Positions 1 through 10,418 of a stretch of 64,000 nucleotides of DNA are shown in pieces (within the stretch, counting starts at the first letter, position 1; each line of letters opens with the position of its first letter). The notes beneath the pieces were generated by a model. It searched no databases. It saw only the letters and a program-made list of their open reading frames with translations, and was not told the origin of the DNA. The stretch lies in NCBI GenBank assembly GCA_964392925.1, contig CAYMRP010000001.1, forward strand, positions 51,945 to 115,944. Reading direction: 5' to 3'. Both the position numbers and the translations under genes were made by a program. Source of the DNA: an uncultured Gammaproteobacteria bacterium (lineage in GTDB: Bacteria > Patescibacteriota > Microgenomatia > Daviesbacterales > UBA10151).

Positions 1-1
1 T

Positions 2-496
2 TTGGTTGCCGACAATGCCATAAATTTTTGGGGAATGTACTCTGGTTTTAACCAGCTCGATGCCGGGCAAACAGACTTTCTTCTCAGCTATGAGCATTGG
101 GGTTTCTTAATCTTCGGCCTTATCTTTTTACCCATTCTTATAAAATTCTTAAAGACTAAGTTCTCCTCGGAACTTCTGTTCTATTTCTTATTCCTATCTT
201 CGATAACCTACTTTTTTATCTTTACCCGTATGCATGAAAGATATCTTTTCTTCGGAGTCGTATTTGCTCAAATTCTAATGATGACGAATAAAAAATATTG
301 GTACAATTTATTCTTCTTCTCAGTGCTTTATTTTCTTAACCTATACAGGGGGCTTTATCAACCTGGTCTTCCATACCTTCCGGATCTATTAAAAAACATC
401 ACATTCTTGAACATATTTGTTATTTGTTACTTGTTACTCATTCTTTATAACCTCTATTACTTTATGTTTAAATTAAAAGGCAATGAAAAAAACTAG
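2..496 (+). CDS. C-terminal fragment (5' end lies outside the window) of a polytopic membrane protein, probably GT-C-like and related to the 12303-13457 and 62046-63185 paralogs
   Basis: The reading frame is open from the window edge. The protein is strongly hydrophobic with TM-like segments. Its C-terminal region (TRMHERYLFFGVVFAQ) has the same R-Y-hydrophobic pattern as the C-termini of the 12303 ORF (LPRYVLILFP) and the 62046 ORF (LPRYLIVIFP). The stop overlaps the next start by 14 nt. Confidence 0.45.
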   Translation: MVADNAINFWGMYSGFNQLDAGQTDFLLSYEHWGFLIFGLIFLPILIKFLKTKFSSELLFYFLFLSSITYFFIFTRMHERYLFFGVVFAQILMMTNKKYWYNLFFFSVLYFLNLYRGLYQPGLPYLPDLLKNITFLNIFVICYLLLILYNLYYFMFKLKGNEKN

Positions 497-2177
497 TTTA
501 ATTATCTTTCTTCTCATTCTTGCACTCGCCATATTCCTACGAGTCTATAAATTAGACGCTATTCCTACAGCACTTTTTGGTGATGAGATTGATGTTGGTT
601 ATCAGGCTTATTCTCTTTGGGAAACAGGCCGGGACCTGACTGGAAGGTTCATGCCTTTTTATCTTAGATCACTTTCTGAATTTAGAACTCCGCTTTATAT
701 TTATTCCGCAGTTCCTTTCGTCGGCATCTTTGGCCTGAACGAATGGGGGGTTAGGCTTCCGGCCGCTTTTTGGGGTCTAGTCTCAATAGCTGGAATATTC
801 CTGCTGGCCCGAAAACTCTTCAACACTCAAACAGCCCTTATTGCAATGTTTCTTACCTCAATTTCACCTTGGCATCTTCAATACTCCAGAGCTTCCTTTG
901 AAGTCACAATGCTGTTAAGTTTTATCATTTTTGGCGTATATTTTTTCTTACTTGGCCTGCAAAAAAACCGTTATCTTTTTCTCTCAGCAATCCTCTTAAT
1001 CTCAAGCATTTATATTTACTCCACAGCAGTAGCCTTCATCCCTCTCTTAGGTCTCTTACTTCTGATTATCCATTTTAAAGAAATCATCAAAATTAAAATC
1101 AAAAATATTCTTCTACTTATTCTAACCGTAGTCATAATTCTTATACCGGTTATTATGTCGATGTATACCGGCGAGGCAAAAGAACGATTTAGTTTAATTA
1201 GTATTTTTCAGGATTCAGTTTTAATAGATAAAATAAATCTCTCAAGAAAAGGCCAGGAGTTTTATAGTCCGGAGGGCGATGTCCAAAAAGCAAATCCTGA
1301 ATTTGAGAAAATTTTTTATAATAAACCTTTAATTTTTGCTCAGGTATTTATTACTAATTATTTTAAATCTCTTTCCCCAAGTTTCCTATTCTCAGAAGGT
1401 GATATTAATTTCCGCCACTCTATTCACGAAATGGGGGAGGAGTATTACTTTGAGGCAATCCTCTTTCTACTAGGTTTATTTGCCCTTATAAAACTTGATC
1501 CCAAAAAATCTGCTTTAGTTTTTGGCTGGCTGCTGCTGGCTCCAATTCCATCAAGTCTTACCGATGGGGGAGGATTCCACGCCACTCGGTTATTTATCAT
1601 GCTTCCTCCAATAGTGATGCTTTCAGGAGTCGGCGGCAGCTGGATTATAAATAACTTCAAATCAATTCATGTTAAATTAGTTGCCGCCTTTGTTATCGTT
1701 CTTTTTATCTTCAATTTTACGTTCTACCTTCACCGCTATTATGTTCATTATGGTCCCGAGTCTTGGCGCTGGTGGCACGTCGGCTTTAAAGAAGCCATGC
1801 TCTATATAAAATCAGAAGAAAATAATTATCAACAAGTCGGCTTCAACAATAGCTACGAGCCTTCTTTGATTAGATTCCTATTTTGGAATAAGGTAGACCC
1901 AGCACAATTCCATAAAAACTACCCTCAAACAATGGAAAAGTCAGAAATATTTAATACTTTTGAAGGATTTAAATACACTGATAAATACTTCTTCGGCACA
2001 ACCAACAAACCGATTTTTGAAAATCTGCCTCAGAATACTATTTATATGGTCTCTGCCAGAGATGAAGTTCCAGGTGATTGGGATTGGTCTAAAACTCCTC
2101 CAGCCGGCATAAAAGTTCTAAAAACTGTCTATAATCCTTTAGGCCAGCCCATTTTCTATGTTATTACCAAAGATTAA
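483..2177 (+). CDS. GT-C fold membrane glycosyltransferase, PMT/ArnT-like (GT39-type); paralog 1 of a six-gene tandem array
   Basis: 564 aa. An N-terminal TM helix is followed by a first-loop acidic motif (FGDEIDVGYQAYSLWETGRD) and then a VRLPAAFWG motif. There are at least 10 predicted TM segments and a hydrophilic C-terminal domain of about 150 aa. Confidence 0.75.
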   Translation: MKKTSLIIFLLILALAIFLRVYKLDAIPTALFGDEIDVGYQAYSLWETGRDLTGRFMPFYLRSLSEFRTPLYIYSAVPFVGIFGLNEWGVRLPAAFWGLVSIAGIFLLARKLFNTQTALIAMFLTSISPWHLQYSRASFEVTMLLSFIIFGVYFFLLGLQKNRYLFLSAILLISSIYIYSTAVAFIPLLGLLLLIIHFKEIIKIKIKNILLLILTVVIILIPVIMSMYTGEAKERFSLISIFQDSVLIDKINLSRKGQEFYSPEGDVQKANPEFEKIFYNKPLIFAQVFITNYFKSLSPSFLFSEGDINFRHSIHEMGEEYYFEAILFLLGLFALIKLDPKKSALVFGWLLLAPIPSSLTDGGGFHATRLFIMLPPIVMLSGVGGSWIINNFKSIHVKLVAAFVIVLFIFNFTFYLHRYYVHYGPESWRWWHVGFKEAMLYIKSEENNYQQVGFNNSYEPSLIRFLFWNKVDPAQFHKNYPQTMEKSEIFNTFEGFKYTDKYFFGTTNKPIFENLPQNTIYMVSARDEVPGDWDWSKTPPAGIKVLKTVYNPLGQPIFYVITKD

Positions 2178-3906
2178 ATTCACTCCTCTTCTAAAACCTC
2201 TTTTAGCTATTATTCTGGCATTAAGCCTGTTGGTCAGGGTTTGGCAAATTGATTCAACACCTCCTTCTCTCTATTGGGATGAAATGGATGTCGGTTACCA
2301 AGCTTATTCAATTTTAAAAACTGGCAAGGATTATTATGGTAATTATCCATTCTTAGTCGTTCATTCATTCGCTGATTTTAGAGCCCCTGTCCTAATCTAT
2401 ATAACTGTTCCTTTTGTCGCTATTTTCGGCTTAACGCCTTTGGCTGTCAGACTTCCCGAAGCTGTTCTCGGGACTCTTTCCGTTCTGCTAATTTATATTC
2501 TCACCCGCCAACTTTTTAAAAGCCAAAAAGCAGCACTTTCAGCAGCTCTCCTAACAGCCTTTGCTCCTTGGAGCATTCAGTATAGTCGGATCGCTTATGA
2601 AGCCATGCTTATGCTGGTTGTTTTCTTGGCCGGATTGATCTTTTTCTATAAAGGTCTTTCAAAACCAAAATATTTAATCATTTCAGCGGCACTTTTTTCT
2701 TTAGATCTCTTTGTCTACAACACTATGAAATTGTTCATTCCATTCATAGCAGCTTCTCTAATCGCGATTTATTATAAGCAGCTAACTCTTAACCGGTCAT
2801 CAATAATTGCCTCAATGATCTTAATCATCTCTTTGACTGCTGGCTTATACGGGACAATCTTTATGAACGGAGGTCAGCGTTTTAATGAGATTTCAATTTT
2901 TACTGATCCCCAAAATTCTAAGCAAGTCGATTATCTAAGGCATAATTCTCAACTTTCTTATAATGACAAACCATTAATCGGTGAAACACCTAGGTTTTTT
3001 GATAGGCTTTTTTATAATAAACCTGCACTTTTCATTGATAGGATTACTCAAAATTATCTCACTGCTTTCTCCTCTGAGTTTTTATTCGTTAAAGGCGATG
3101 CTAATCTCCGTCACTCTACGACCATAGTTGGCGAGCTCTATCGCATTGAAGCTTTAGCGATAATATTAGGTCTCGGTTTTCTACTAATTAATCTTAAAAA
3201 AAATCCCCGTGAATCTTTATTAATAATAATTTGGGTAATCATAGCCCCGCTTGCGGCCATCATCACCAGAGAAGGCTCAAACCATGCCACCAGACTCTTC
3301 ATGTTATTCCCTGCACTTACTATTGTGGGGGCATTAGGCGTTGAGTATCTTTCTCAGATACTGCCCCCAAAACTTAGATATTATGTTCTAACGCTACTTT
3401 TCGCTGTCTGGTTATTTTGCGTAGGCTCATTTTTAAATTTCTATTTTGGTGCTTATAACCTTGAAAGTGCAGAATCTTTCCAGTTTGGTTTTGACGAGGC
3501 TGTCCAAAAAGCTACAGAGAACAAAAACAGATACGATTATGTAATAATTGATGATAGGACAGATTCCGCTTTAATGAACTACTTATTCCTTACAAAACAC
3601 GATCCAGCTTTATTTCATACTCAAATCTCAACCCTAAAGTCCGATATTGCCGGATTCCCAGGCGATCAAATTGATAATGTCATTCTTATGAAGCCTTTAA
3701 TGAAGAATTGGGACAATGCTTTTAGTATCAATCAATTTGACCAAAGATACTTACTTATCGTTTCAGCAGAACAAATGAGTGAGCAAACTCCTGAAAAGCT
3801 GTATAAAAAACTCTCTCCAAATCAAACATTAATAGATACTATTTATTATAAATCCGGCCTGCCAGCATTTTATGTTATCTCCAGTCAAAAACCATCTCAA
3901 ATATGA
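2158..3906 (+). CDS. GT-C fold membrane glycosyltransferase, PMT/ArnT-like; paralog 2
   Basis: 582 aa with the same architecture as paralog 1 (YWDEMDVGYQAYSILKTGKD; VRLPEAVLG). It overlaps the upstream gene by 20 nt. The true start may be an internal Met. Confidence 0.75.
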   Translation: MLLPKIKFTPLLKPLLAIILALSLLVRVWQIDSTPPSLYWDEMDVGYQAYSILKTGKDYYGNYPFLVVHSFADFRAPVLIYITVPFVAIFGLTPLAVRLPEAVLGTLSVLLIYILTRQLFKSQKAALSAALLTAFAPWSIQYSRIAYEAMLMLVVFLAGLIFFYKGLSKPKYLIISAALFSLDLFVYNTMKLFIPFIAASLIAIYYKQLTLNRSSIIASMILIISLTAGLYGTIFMNGGQRFNEISIFTDPQNSKQVDYLRHNSQLSYNDKPLIGETPRFFDRLFYNKPALFIDRITQNYLTAFSSEFLFVKGDANLRHSTTIVGELYRIEALAIILGLGFLLINLKKNPRESLLIIIWVIIAPLAAIITREGSNHATRLFMLFPALTIVGALGVEYLSQILPPKLRYYVLTLLFAVWLFCVGSFLNFYFGAYNLESAESFQFGFDEAVQKATENKNRYDYVIIDDRTDSALMNYLFLTKHDPALFHTQISTLKSDIAGFPGDQIDNVILMKPLMKNWDNAFSINQFDQRYLLIVSAEQMSEQTPEKLYKKLSPNQTLIDTIYYKSGLPAFYVISSQKPSQI

Positions 3907-5558
3907 AATTCTTTAAAAACACCAGCCTGGTTCTCATTTTAATTATTGTTCTAGCCTCTTTTCTTAGACTGCCTTTATTAAATCTATATCCTGTGGGCGT
4001 AACCGGCGATGAAGCGGGTCAAGCTTATTCTGCCTATTCTATTTTAAAGACCGGAGCTGATGAATGGGGGGACTTCCTACCTATAAATCCCCGGGGCTTT
4101 GGTGACTATAAACCGCCGCTATTTATGTATCTGCTGGTCCCTTCTATCGCAGTCTTTGGTTTGACTGAATACGCCATCCGCCTTCCTTCCGCAATCGCCG
4201 GAATTCTGACAGTTTTAGTTATGTTTTACTTAGTAAAAAGATTATTTAACAATCGCACTTTGGGTTTGATTGCCAGTTTTCTTTTAGCAATTTCTCCGTG
4301 GCATGTTTATTACTCCAGACTAGGTTGGGAATCAAATATCGGTTTGTTATTTTTTATAATTGGAATTTGGTTATTTATAAAAGGTCTGGAGAAAACGAAA
4401 TTACTAAGTTTAAGTGTTTTAACCTTTGGCCTTGCCGGAATGTCCTATCATTCATTTAAACTCCTAGTTCCTCTAATCTTCATCGCTTTAATTATTATTT
4501 TTTGGAAACAGTTTAAATCCATAAATAAAAAATCTTTAATTGCCCCTCTCGCCGTCACCACAATTTTTGTTTTAGTTCTCGGTTATGGATTGGTATTTGC
4601 CGGAGCCTCAAGAAGAGCCGCAGATCAATCAATTCTAAAAGAAGAAAATCTTAGCGTCCTTCGTCAGAATCAGGTAGAAGACGGCCTCCCTCAACCCTTT
4701 AACAGAGTCGTTTTTAATAAATATCAATTCTTTATTTCTAAAGTCTCAGATAATTATTTGGGATATTATTCTCTCTCATTCCTTTTTGGTCCCCACCGAA
4801 GCGACGGCTCCATTTTAAATTTCCCCTCCATGGGACTTCTGTATATTTGGCAGCTGCCGCTTATTTTACTTGGCTTGTTTTATTTACTCAAAAACAAATC
4901 AAAAGGCAGCGCCGTAGTATTCGCTTGGACTTTACTTGCCCCAATTCCAGCCTCACTAACCCAGGATTACATGCATGCCGGACGGGCTCAAGCATTATTC
5001 CCAGCCCTAACAATAATTTCAGCCATTGGTCTATATTCCATATTCGAATTAATAAAAAATCCAAAATACCAAAACGCTTTCAAAATAATTACTGCCCTGG
5101 TAATAGTCCTCTCAGTTCTTTGGAGAGTAGATAACTACCTCTTTCATACATTTAATAAGAATTTAGGCGGGCTTCAGCCAGGTTATAAAGAAGTGATCAA
5201 TTTTACTGAAAACAACAAAAATTCTTACGATAAAATAATTTTCACCAAACACGGCTCTGAGCCTCATGCTTTTGTCAGTTTTTATGCCTCGACCGATCCA
5301 AAAGAGGTGCAATATGAATCACAAGACTGGAAAAGATTTGAAACTGAAGGTCTAAGATTCCTAGATATGATAGATTATAAATTAGGGAAGTATCACTTCA
5401 AAAATGTTGATTTCAACAGAGATAGAAACGAAATAAATGCTTTACTGGTCGCCCCACCAAAAGATATTCCTTCGGATATAATCCCTAAATTTGAAGCTAA
5501 AGATTCAAATGGAAAAGTTATGTTTGTAGTGATTGATACCAATGAAATTCCTAAGTAA
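3903..5558 (+). CDS. GT-C fold membrane glycosyltransferase, PMT/ArnT-like; paralog 3
   Basis: 551 aa (TGDEAGQAYSAYSILKTGADEWG; IRLPSAIAG). The start overlaps the upstream stop as ATGA. Confidence 0.75.
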   Translation: MKFFKNTSLVLILIIVLASFLRLPLLNLYPVGVTGDEAGQAYSAYSILKTGADEWGDFLPINPRGFGDYKPPLFMYLLVPSIAVFGLTEYAIRLPSAIAGILTVLVMFYLVKRLFNNRTLGLIASFLLAISPWHVYYSRLGWESNIGLLFFIIGIWLFIKGLEKTKLLSLSVLTFGLAGMSYHSFKLLVPLIFIALIIIFWKQFKSINKKSLIAPLAVTTIFVLVLGYGLVFAGASRRAADQSILKEENLSVLRQNQVEDGLPQPFNRVVFNKYQFFISKVSDNYLGYYSLSFLFGPHRSDGSILNFPSMGLLYIWQLPLILLGLFYLLKNKSKGSAVVFAWTLLAPIPASLTQDYMHAGRAQALFPALTIISAIGLYSIFELIKNPKYQNAFKIITALVIVLSVLWRVDNYLFHTFNKNLGGLQPGYKEVINFTENNKNSYDKIIFTKHGSEPHAFVSFYASTDPKEVQYESQDWKRFETEGLRFLDMIDYKLGKYHFKNVDFNRDRNEINALLVAPPKDIPSDIIPKFEAKDSNGKVMFVVIDTNEIPK

Positions 5559-7158
5559 TCATCTAATAATATTCATTTTTGTATTGGCCCTTTTTCTGAG
5601 ATTTGCAAATTTCTTTCAGGACACTCCGCCATCTATAAATTGGGATGAAGCATCCCTCGGCTACAATGCTTTTTCAATATTAGAAACTGGTAAAGATGAA
5701 TGGGGTAGAGTATTACCTTTAACATTTGAAGCTTTTGGTGACTATAAACTGCCAGGATATATTTACACTCTCGTGCCTTTTATTTCAATCTTTGGCCTAA
5801 ATGAAAATTCTGTAAGGTTTCCTTCAATAATTTTTGGATCGTTATCTGTGATATTTTTATATTTAGTAGTTCTGGAACTATCAAAAAAAAGAAACTGGGC
5901 TATTCTCTCCGCCATACTTTTAGCAATTTCTCCCTGGCACTTTTTTCTTTCCCGGATTGCTCTTGAAGCGAACTTAGCCTTAAGTTTTTTCTTGATAGGT
6001 TTATATTTTCTAGTCAAAGGACTTCAGAAAAATCTATATTTAATTCCATCATCACTAATGTTCGGTCTTTCAATTTTTACCTATAATTCCGCTCGAATCT
6101 TTGTCCCACTCTTCCTTTTCGGATTTTTAGTTCTTTATTGGAGGCAAATAAAATTAACAAAAACCTCAATCCTCTCAGCACTTATTCTGACGATATTTTT
6201 GTCAGTCGGTTTTTACCTTGCAGTCTTCCAGGATTCTAGCGCCCGTTATTATTGGGTTAGAATTCTAGATGAAGGTGCGATTAGTTTTCTTGATCAGGCT
6301 CGTAATACCTCGGCGTACCCAGATTTAATAACCAAATTAATTTATAATCGCCCCACCTATTTTGTATACAATTTTGTTTTAAATTATTTTAAACATTTAT
6401 CAGCGCAGTTCTTACTATTCTCGGGCGGCTCAAACTATCAATTCTCATTGCCAAATTGGGGACTTACGTACTTTATAGAAATACCATTCTTAATCTTTGG
6501 ACTCTTTAAACTTGTCAAACAAAAAATTGGTTGGGTTTTCATTCTATGGTTTTTAGCGGCCCCAATCCCTTCAGCTTTAACCAGAGAAGCGCCTCATGCA
6601 TTGCGTTCAATATTTATGCTGGGCAGTCTTCAAATAATAACCGCCTTTGGCATGATTCAGTTCTTCAAACTTCTGGAACATAAAAAATTATTCTCTAAAA
6701 TTTCTTATTCCATTATCGGTTTGTTCATTCTAATTAATGCCGGTCTCTATTTTAATAATTACTTTATGGAATACCCCAAACAATACTCTCAGGCTTGGCA
6801 ATATGGCTATAAACAAGCCATAGATGAAGTTAGGGCAGAATACGATATGTATCCCAAGATCTATTTCACAAAGTATTATGGTGAACCGCACATTTTTTAT
6901 CTTTTTTTCTCCAAGTATGATCCCTCTTTGTATCAAGCGAATGAAACCCTACTAAGAGACAGCCACACTAATTGGCGTTGGGTCGATAGATTAGATAAAA
7001 TATACTTTATAAATGATTGGGAAATGGTTGAGAAAATGAAATCAGAAAGTAATGCTCTGGTTATAGCTTCTCCAGGAAATGTCCCGGAGAACAGTCGGAA
7101 ATTAAAAACCATTTATTTTCTGGATGGGAGTATAGCATTTGAAATCGTCGAAATTTAA
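5533..7158 (+). CDS. GT-C fold membrane glycosyltransferase, PMT/ArnT-like; paralog 4
   Basis: 541 aa (NWDEASLGYNAFSILETGKDEWG; VRFPSIIFG). An alternative start at Met4 (position 5542) is possible. Confidence 0.75.
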   Translation: MIPMKFLSNHLIIFIFVLALFLRFANFFQDTPPSINWDEASLGYNAFSILETGKDEWGRVLPLTFEAFGDYKLPGYIYTLVPFISIFGLNENSVRFPSIIFGSLSVIFLYLVVLELSKKRNWAILSAILLAISPWHFFLSRIALEANLALSFFLIGLYFLVKGLQKNLYLIPSSLMFGLSIFTYNSARIFVPLFLFGFLVLYWRQIKLTKTSILSALILTIFLSVGFYLAVFQDSSARYYWVRILDEGAISFLDQARNTSAYPDLITKLIYNRPTYFVYNFVLNYFKHLSAQFLLFSGGSNYQFSLPNWGLTYFIEIPFLIFGLFKLVKQKIGWVFILWFLAAPIPSALTREAPHALRSIFMLGSLQIITAFGMIQFFKLLEHKKLFSKISYSIIGLFILINAGLYFNNYFMEYPKQYSQAWQYGYKQAIDEVRAEYDMYPKIYFTKYYGEPHIFYLFFSKYDPSLYQANETLLRDSHTNWRWVDRLDKIYFINDWEMVEKMKSESNALVIASPGNVPENSRKLKTIYFLDGSIAFEIVEI

Positions 7159-8797
7159 AATAATAGTCTTATCTTTAATTATCCTTTTAGGGCTCTTTCT
7201 TAGAGTTTATAAACTAGATACTATTCCGCCTGGACTCACTTGGGATGAAGCAGCCCTAGGCTATAATGCTTACTCAATTACTCAGACTCTTCGAGACGAG
7301 TACGGAAACTTTCTCCCCCTAACTTTGAAGTCTTTTGGTGACTACAAACCAGCTCTTTATGCCTATTTAACAATCCCATTTATCATGATTCTTGGCCTAA
7401 ATGAAATAGCAGTCAGGTTGCCGTCAGTTCTAGCTGGTATAGGTTTAATAATCATTATATTCTTATTAGTTAGGCGAATATTTGGAAATGACTGGCTCGC
7501 TATATCAGCCGCTTTCTTTACAGCAATTTCTCCTCTTTCAATTCAATTTTCAAGAGCGGGTTGGGAGTCAAACGTTGCCGTTTTTCTTAACGTAACCGGT
7601 CTTTATTTATTTCTTAAAGCCCTCCAAAAACCAAAATATTTTATTTTCTCAGCAATTCTGTTTTCGCTTTCCCTGGTTTGTTATCAGGCCTCTAAGATCT
7701 TTGTCCCCATTATTTTATTTGGATTATTCATTCTTTACAGAAAACAAATTTCTTTCACCAAACCATTTATCAGTGGCTTACTTATTATCATCTTTAGTTT
7801 AATTTCTGTTTTTACCTCAACTTTTATTCTTGGCCAATCCAATCGCTTAGCCGCCCAAAATTATTTTGCTTATGCCCGGCCCGAAGAACGAATTCAAACT
7901 ATAAGTAATGAAGATAGTAAAAGTATTAATAGTCCAGAGTTTCAAATTCTCCACGGCGAATGGTGGAGTTTTCTCACCGGAACTTTTGAAAGATATTTAA
8001 CTTATTTTTCACCTGATGTCCTTTTTATTAAAGGCGATTACTCTCCGCGCCATAATGTTCCGGATCTTGGAATATTCAGTTTATACGGTTTAATACTTAT
8101 TCCTTTTGGCTTCTATTTACTCTGGCGGAAAAAAGAATCAGACAGGAAAATAATATTCTTTTGGTTGTTTACAGCTTCAATTCCAGCTGTACTCTCGAGA
8201 GACTTAATAAGCATGGTCAGAGCATTAAATCTAATTTTCCCAATCATCATCCTTGAGGCATTTGGTCTCTATTTCCTTGTAAATAAACTCTCTCAAGTTC
8301 TCCGGATTTATAGATTAATCCCTCTATCAGCGTTTCTAATAGTTATATTCTTAAATCTCGCTTTGTTTTTAGATTTCTATTTCGTCCATATGCCGAAAGA
8401 GAGCTCCTCAGATTGGATGTCCGGCTATAAGCAAACAATAAAAGATTTGCCTGAAATATCTAAATATAATCAAGTAGTTTTCTCTGACAAATACGGCCAG
8501 CCCTACATCTATTATCTTTTTTATACAAAGTATCCTCCTGAAAAGTTTCAAACTCAGGCTGTTTTAGAACAAAAAACAGTTGATGTAGGTACGGTCCGTA
8601 AAATTGATAATATAGAATTCAGACCAATTAACTGGCCCGTCGATAGAGGTTTAGAGAACACTCTTTTGATTGGTACCGGTTTCGAGATCCCTGAAGAGGA
8701 TGTTGTAACAGAAAAAAAATCTAAGAAATTATCAGAAACAAATTTTTTTGATGGAGAAGTAGCCTTTAAAGTTATTGAAAACAGTTATGATCAGTAA
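7139..8797 (+). CDS. GT-C fold membrane glycosyltransferase, PMT/ArnT-like; paralog 5
   Basis: 552 aa (TWDEAALGYNAYSITQTLRDEYG; VRLPSVLAG). Confidence 0.75.
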   Translation: MKSSKFKIIVLSLIILLGLFLRVYKLDTIPPGLTWDEAALGYNAYSITQTLRDEYGNFLPLTLKSFGDYKPALYAYLTIPFIMILGLNEIAVRLPSVLAGIGLIIIIFLLVRRIFGNDWLAISAAFFTAISPLSIQFSRAGWESNVAVFLNVTGLYLFLKALQKPKYFIFSAILFSLSLVCYQASKIFVPIILFGLFILYRKQISFTKPFISGLLIIIFSLISVFTSTFILGQSNRLAAQNYFAYARPEERIQTISNEDSKSINSPEFQILHGEWWSFLTGTFERYLTYFSPDVLFIKGDYSPRHNVPDLGIFSLYGLILIPFGFYLLWRKKESDRKIIFFWLFTASIPAVLSRDLISMVRALNLIFPIIILEAFGLYFLVNKLSQVLRIYRLIPLSAFLIVIFLNLALFLDFYFVHMPKESSSDWMSGYKQTIKDLPEISKYNQVVFSDKYGQPYIYYLFYTKYPPEKFQTQAVLEQKTVDVGTVRKIDNIEFRPINWPVDRGLENTLLIGTGFEIPEEDVVTEKKSKKLSETNFFDGEVAFKVIENSYDQ

Positions 8798-10415
8798 AAC
8801 TAAAATATTTCTAATACTAATTGTTACTTTGGGATTCTTCCTAAGAGTTATTGCAGTAGATAAATTTCCTGCTGGCTTTAATGCTGATGAAGCAGCCATC
8901 GGTTATAACGCTTATTCAATTATCAAAACTGGCAGGGATGAATATGGGGAAATTCTTCCGCTAAGTTTTAAATCATTCGGGGATTACAAGCCAGGTCTCT
9001 ATTTTTATTTCGTTTTGCCTTTCGTTGCTGCTTTGGGTTTAAATGAATTTGCCGTTAGAATTCCCTCAGTCTTACTCGGCACCGGAATGATTATCCTTGT
9101 TTATTTAATTGCAAAACAAATATTCAAAAGTCCAGCATCGGGTGTTGCCGCCGCCCTTCTTCTGGCCATTAATCCTTGGGCAATTCATTTCTCAAGAGGT
9201 GGTTGGGAAGCAAACGCTGCTACCTTCTTTATCACTCTAGGAGTCTATTTATTCATCAAAGGCTTAGAAAAATTTAAATACATTTTCTTCAGTTTATTGT
9301 CGTTTCTAGTTTCAATATATTTATATCAATCTCCAAGATTAGTAGTTCCTCTTTTAATTCTTGGATTCATAATTATTTTCTGGAAAGAGCTTTTCGCTCT
9401 CATAAAAAAGCACTACAAAAGAACTCTTATTTCGTTAGTAATTCTTTTTTTCCTCAGTCTGCCTGTGGCATTTCAATTTCTATCCGGCGGCGGTAGTGAA
9501 AGGTTTCAGGGACTTTCTTTTTTATCTGATGGTGGACCATCACTGAGAGTAAATGAATTGCGAGGGGAACACGCTGATCCAAATAGCTTAATTGCAAAAT
9601 CAGAACATAATAAAATAACTGCTTACGGCTTAAGCTTTTTAGGCCACTACTTAGACCATTTTTCCTCTGATTTTCTTTTTGTCAATGGTGATCCCTTAAT
9701 TCGCAATAAAACTCCAGAAACTGGCCAATTCTTCGTCATACAATCTCTCTTTTTGATAATCGGTCTTTTCCTTTTAATAAAACTTGAAACAAAACTTAAG
9801 TTCTTATTAATAATCTGGATTCTGGTTTCTCCGCTCGCCTCATCGTTAACCTATCAAACCCCAAATGCTATCAGAGCACTCAGCATGGTAGTTCCGCTGA
9901 CTTTGATTATGGGGTACGGATTTGTGGGTCTATTTAAAGTACTAAACAAAAAACCTTTTCAAATTCTGGCGGGTGTAATAGTTGTGCTATTCCTGAGTTT
10001 TGAATTTACGCACTACGTCGAGAGTTATTATATCCACGCTCCTAAAAGATATCCGCTTTCCTGGGAATATGGCTTCTCTGAAATGGTCGAAAAACTCAAT
10101 GTATATGAAAATAATTTTAATAAAGTTGTCATCACTGATAGATATGATCAGCCTTACATCCTGCTGCTATTCTACAAACGTTATGACCCCCAAAAATATC
10201 AGCCCCAGGCAGTTTTAAGTTCCCGGGATAAATTCAATTATGGAACAATCAGAAATTTTGATAAATACGAATTTAAAAAAGTCACTTCTGAAGAAATTAA
10301 GCAGAACAAAGATACCTTATATATTGTCACACCAGAGGAGGCAGGTGATAACATTGTGATTGATCGGATAAACTTTCCCAACGGAGAACCGGCATTTCTA
10401 TTTGTAAGATCATAA
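8775..10415 (+). CDS. GT-C fold membrane glycosyltransferase, PMT/ArnT-like; paralog 6
   Basis: 546 aa (NADEAAIGYNAYSIIKTGRDEYG; VRIPSVLLG). Confidence 0.75.
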   Translation: MKTVMISKTKIFLILIVTLGFFLRVIAVDKFPAGFNADEAAIGYNAYSIIKTGRDEYGEILPLSFKSFGDYKPGLYFYFVLPFVAALGLNEFAVRIPSVLLGTGMIILVYLIAKQIFKSPASGVAAALLLAINPWAIHFSRGGWEANAATFFITLGVYLFIKGLEKFKYIFFSLLSFLVSIYLYQSPRLVVPLLILGFIIIFWKELFALIKKHYKRTLISLVILFFLSLPVAFQFLSGGGSERFQGLSFLSDGGPSLRVNELRGEHADPNSLIAKSEHNKITAYGLSFLGHYLDHFSSDFLFVNGDPLIRNKTPETGQFFVIQSLFLIIGLFLLIKLETKLKFLLIIWILVSPLASSLTYQTPNAIRALSMVVPLTLIMGYGFVGLFKVLNKKPFQILAGVIVVLFLSFEFTHYVESYYIHAPKRYPLSWEYGFSEMVEKLNVYENNFNKVVITDRYDQPYILLLFYKRYDPQKYQPQAVLSSRDKFNYGTIRNFDKYEFKKVTSEEIKQNKDTLYIVTPEEAGDNIVIDRINFPNGEPAFLFVRS

Positions 10416-10418
10416 ACT

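Noticed and set aside
483-10415. The six PMT-like genes being a recent tandem duplication or an assembly artefact.
   Set aside because: The copies differ in length (541-582 aa), and their nucleotide and protein sequences are clearly diverged outside the shared motifs. They are old paralogs.
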